A stretch of 64,000 nt of DNA from a virus, in the IMG/VR virus record IMGVR_UViG_3300042868_010004, positions 96,001 through 160,000 of that record; one strand, written 5' to 3'. The translations under genes were made by a program, and so were the position numbers. Shown one piece after another: positions 63,549-64,000 of the stretch; position 1 is the stretch's first letter, and each line of letters starts with the position of its first letter. Below the pieces are notes generated by a model. The model was given only the letters and a program-made list of their open reading frames with translations, did not search any database and had not been told where the DNA came from.

Positions 63549-63785
63549 ATGATTGACAAAATTAAACACACAAAGGCAGAATACATTGAATCCGGCTCAT
63601 ATCAGGGCGGCGAGGAAGAGGCTTGGGATATCGGAGTTCGTTCAGGGGATGATTGCGTAGTTATGAAAGAAGCTGAATTTCAGAAGATCGAACTGATTTT
63701 CCGGCTGATTGAGAACGATGATTCGGGCGATTTTGAATTTATTAAGCATCAGATTGGAAAGATTCTAACGGGGGAAAACGCGTGA
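63549..63785 (+). CDS. Hypothetical protein
   Basis: Operon packing. Confidence 0.55.
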   Translation: MIDKIKHTKAEYIESGSYQGGEEEAWDIGVRSGDDCVVMKEAEFQKIELIFRLIENDDSGDFEFIKHQIGKILTGENA

Positions 63786-63787
63786 AA

Positions 63788-64000
63788 ATGGCCAAAGCCA
63801 ACTTCTCAGAATGGCAAAATTTAATGGATTTTGCTAATGAATACGAGGAAATGACTCGTCCATTCAGCCTCAAGCCTCCGTCCGATGCCGAACTTGGCGC
63901 GCTGATCCGGAAATTCAACCCCCAGTTCTTCCGAACGGTTTTCGGTTATGCAACTCTGGTTGACAATTTCTGTGATTCCAAATCGGATACTCTAGCGGTT
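63788..64000 (+). CDS. Hypothetical protein, truncated by window edge
   Basis: MAKANFSEWQNLMDFANEYEE... open to 64000. Confidence 0.5.
   Translation, partial: MAKANFSEWQNLMDFANEYEEMTRPFSLKPPSDAELGALIRKFNPQFFRTVFGYATLVDNFCDSKSDTLAV

Noticed and set aside
1-64000. Many overlapping or antisense ORFs in the track (e.g. 2677-2946, 3218-3538, 7225-7527, 10755-11201, 12177-12752, 27083-27475, 38249-38713, 42584-42925)
   Set aside because: They shadow motif-bearing genes on the other strand or frame, have no recognisable motifs and break the tight ATGA/TAATG operon packing
1-64000. CRISPR array, tRNA, rRNA, reverse transcriptase (DGR/retron) or group I/II intron
   Set aside because: No regularly spaced direct repeats, no T-arm/anticodon cloverleaf, no YxDD RT motif, and no interrupted reading frame needing splicing other than the intein were seen by eye; tRNAscan/Infernal would be needed to be certain
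1-64000. Stop-codon reassignment
   Set aside because: Conserved genes (nrdJ, dnaE, dnaB, recA, gmd, thyX) are full length under the standard code and end at TAA, TGA or TAG

Overview
64 kb internal segment of a large tailed dsDNA phage (jumbo/large-caudovirus style; no host housekeeping operons, integrase, rRNA, tRNA or CRISPR array seen; standard genetic code gives intact long ORFs). Genes at 1-10607 run on the minus strand and almost all genes from 10760 on run on the plus strand, with back-to-back TTGACT promoters at the switch. Content: (i) a dispersed sugar/glycan cluster (about six glycosyltransferases, Gmd, a His-type ColD-like PLP dehydratase, an RmlD-like reductase, FkbM and other methyltransferases); (ii) nucleotide metabolism (intein-containing class II ribonucleotide reductase followed by a BFD-like ferredoxin and a PduO cobalamin adenosyltransferase; ThyX); (iii) a bacterial-type replisome (DnaB, DnaG-like primase, Pol III alpha split into PHP / DEDDh exonuclease / core genes, RecA, RecB-like nuclease, probable SSB) plus a PolA/T7-RNAP-superfamily protein and a phage sigma factor; (iv) selfish elements (two TnpA-less TnpB elements, four free-standing homing-endonuclease-like genes, one intein); (v) many small hypothetical genes. 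Most notable: a stand-alone tape-measure-domain protein paired with a small membrane protein, the RNR-ferredoxin-PduO B12 module, a TnpB guide that is a copy of the phage's own extended promoter motif, a systematic leaderless-mRNA promoter architecture, and an unannotated RHH gene fronting an antisense HNH gene. All family assignments are from motif recognition by eye, not database searches.
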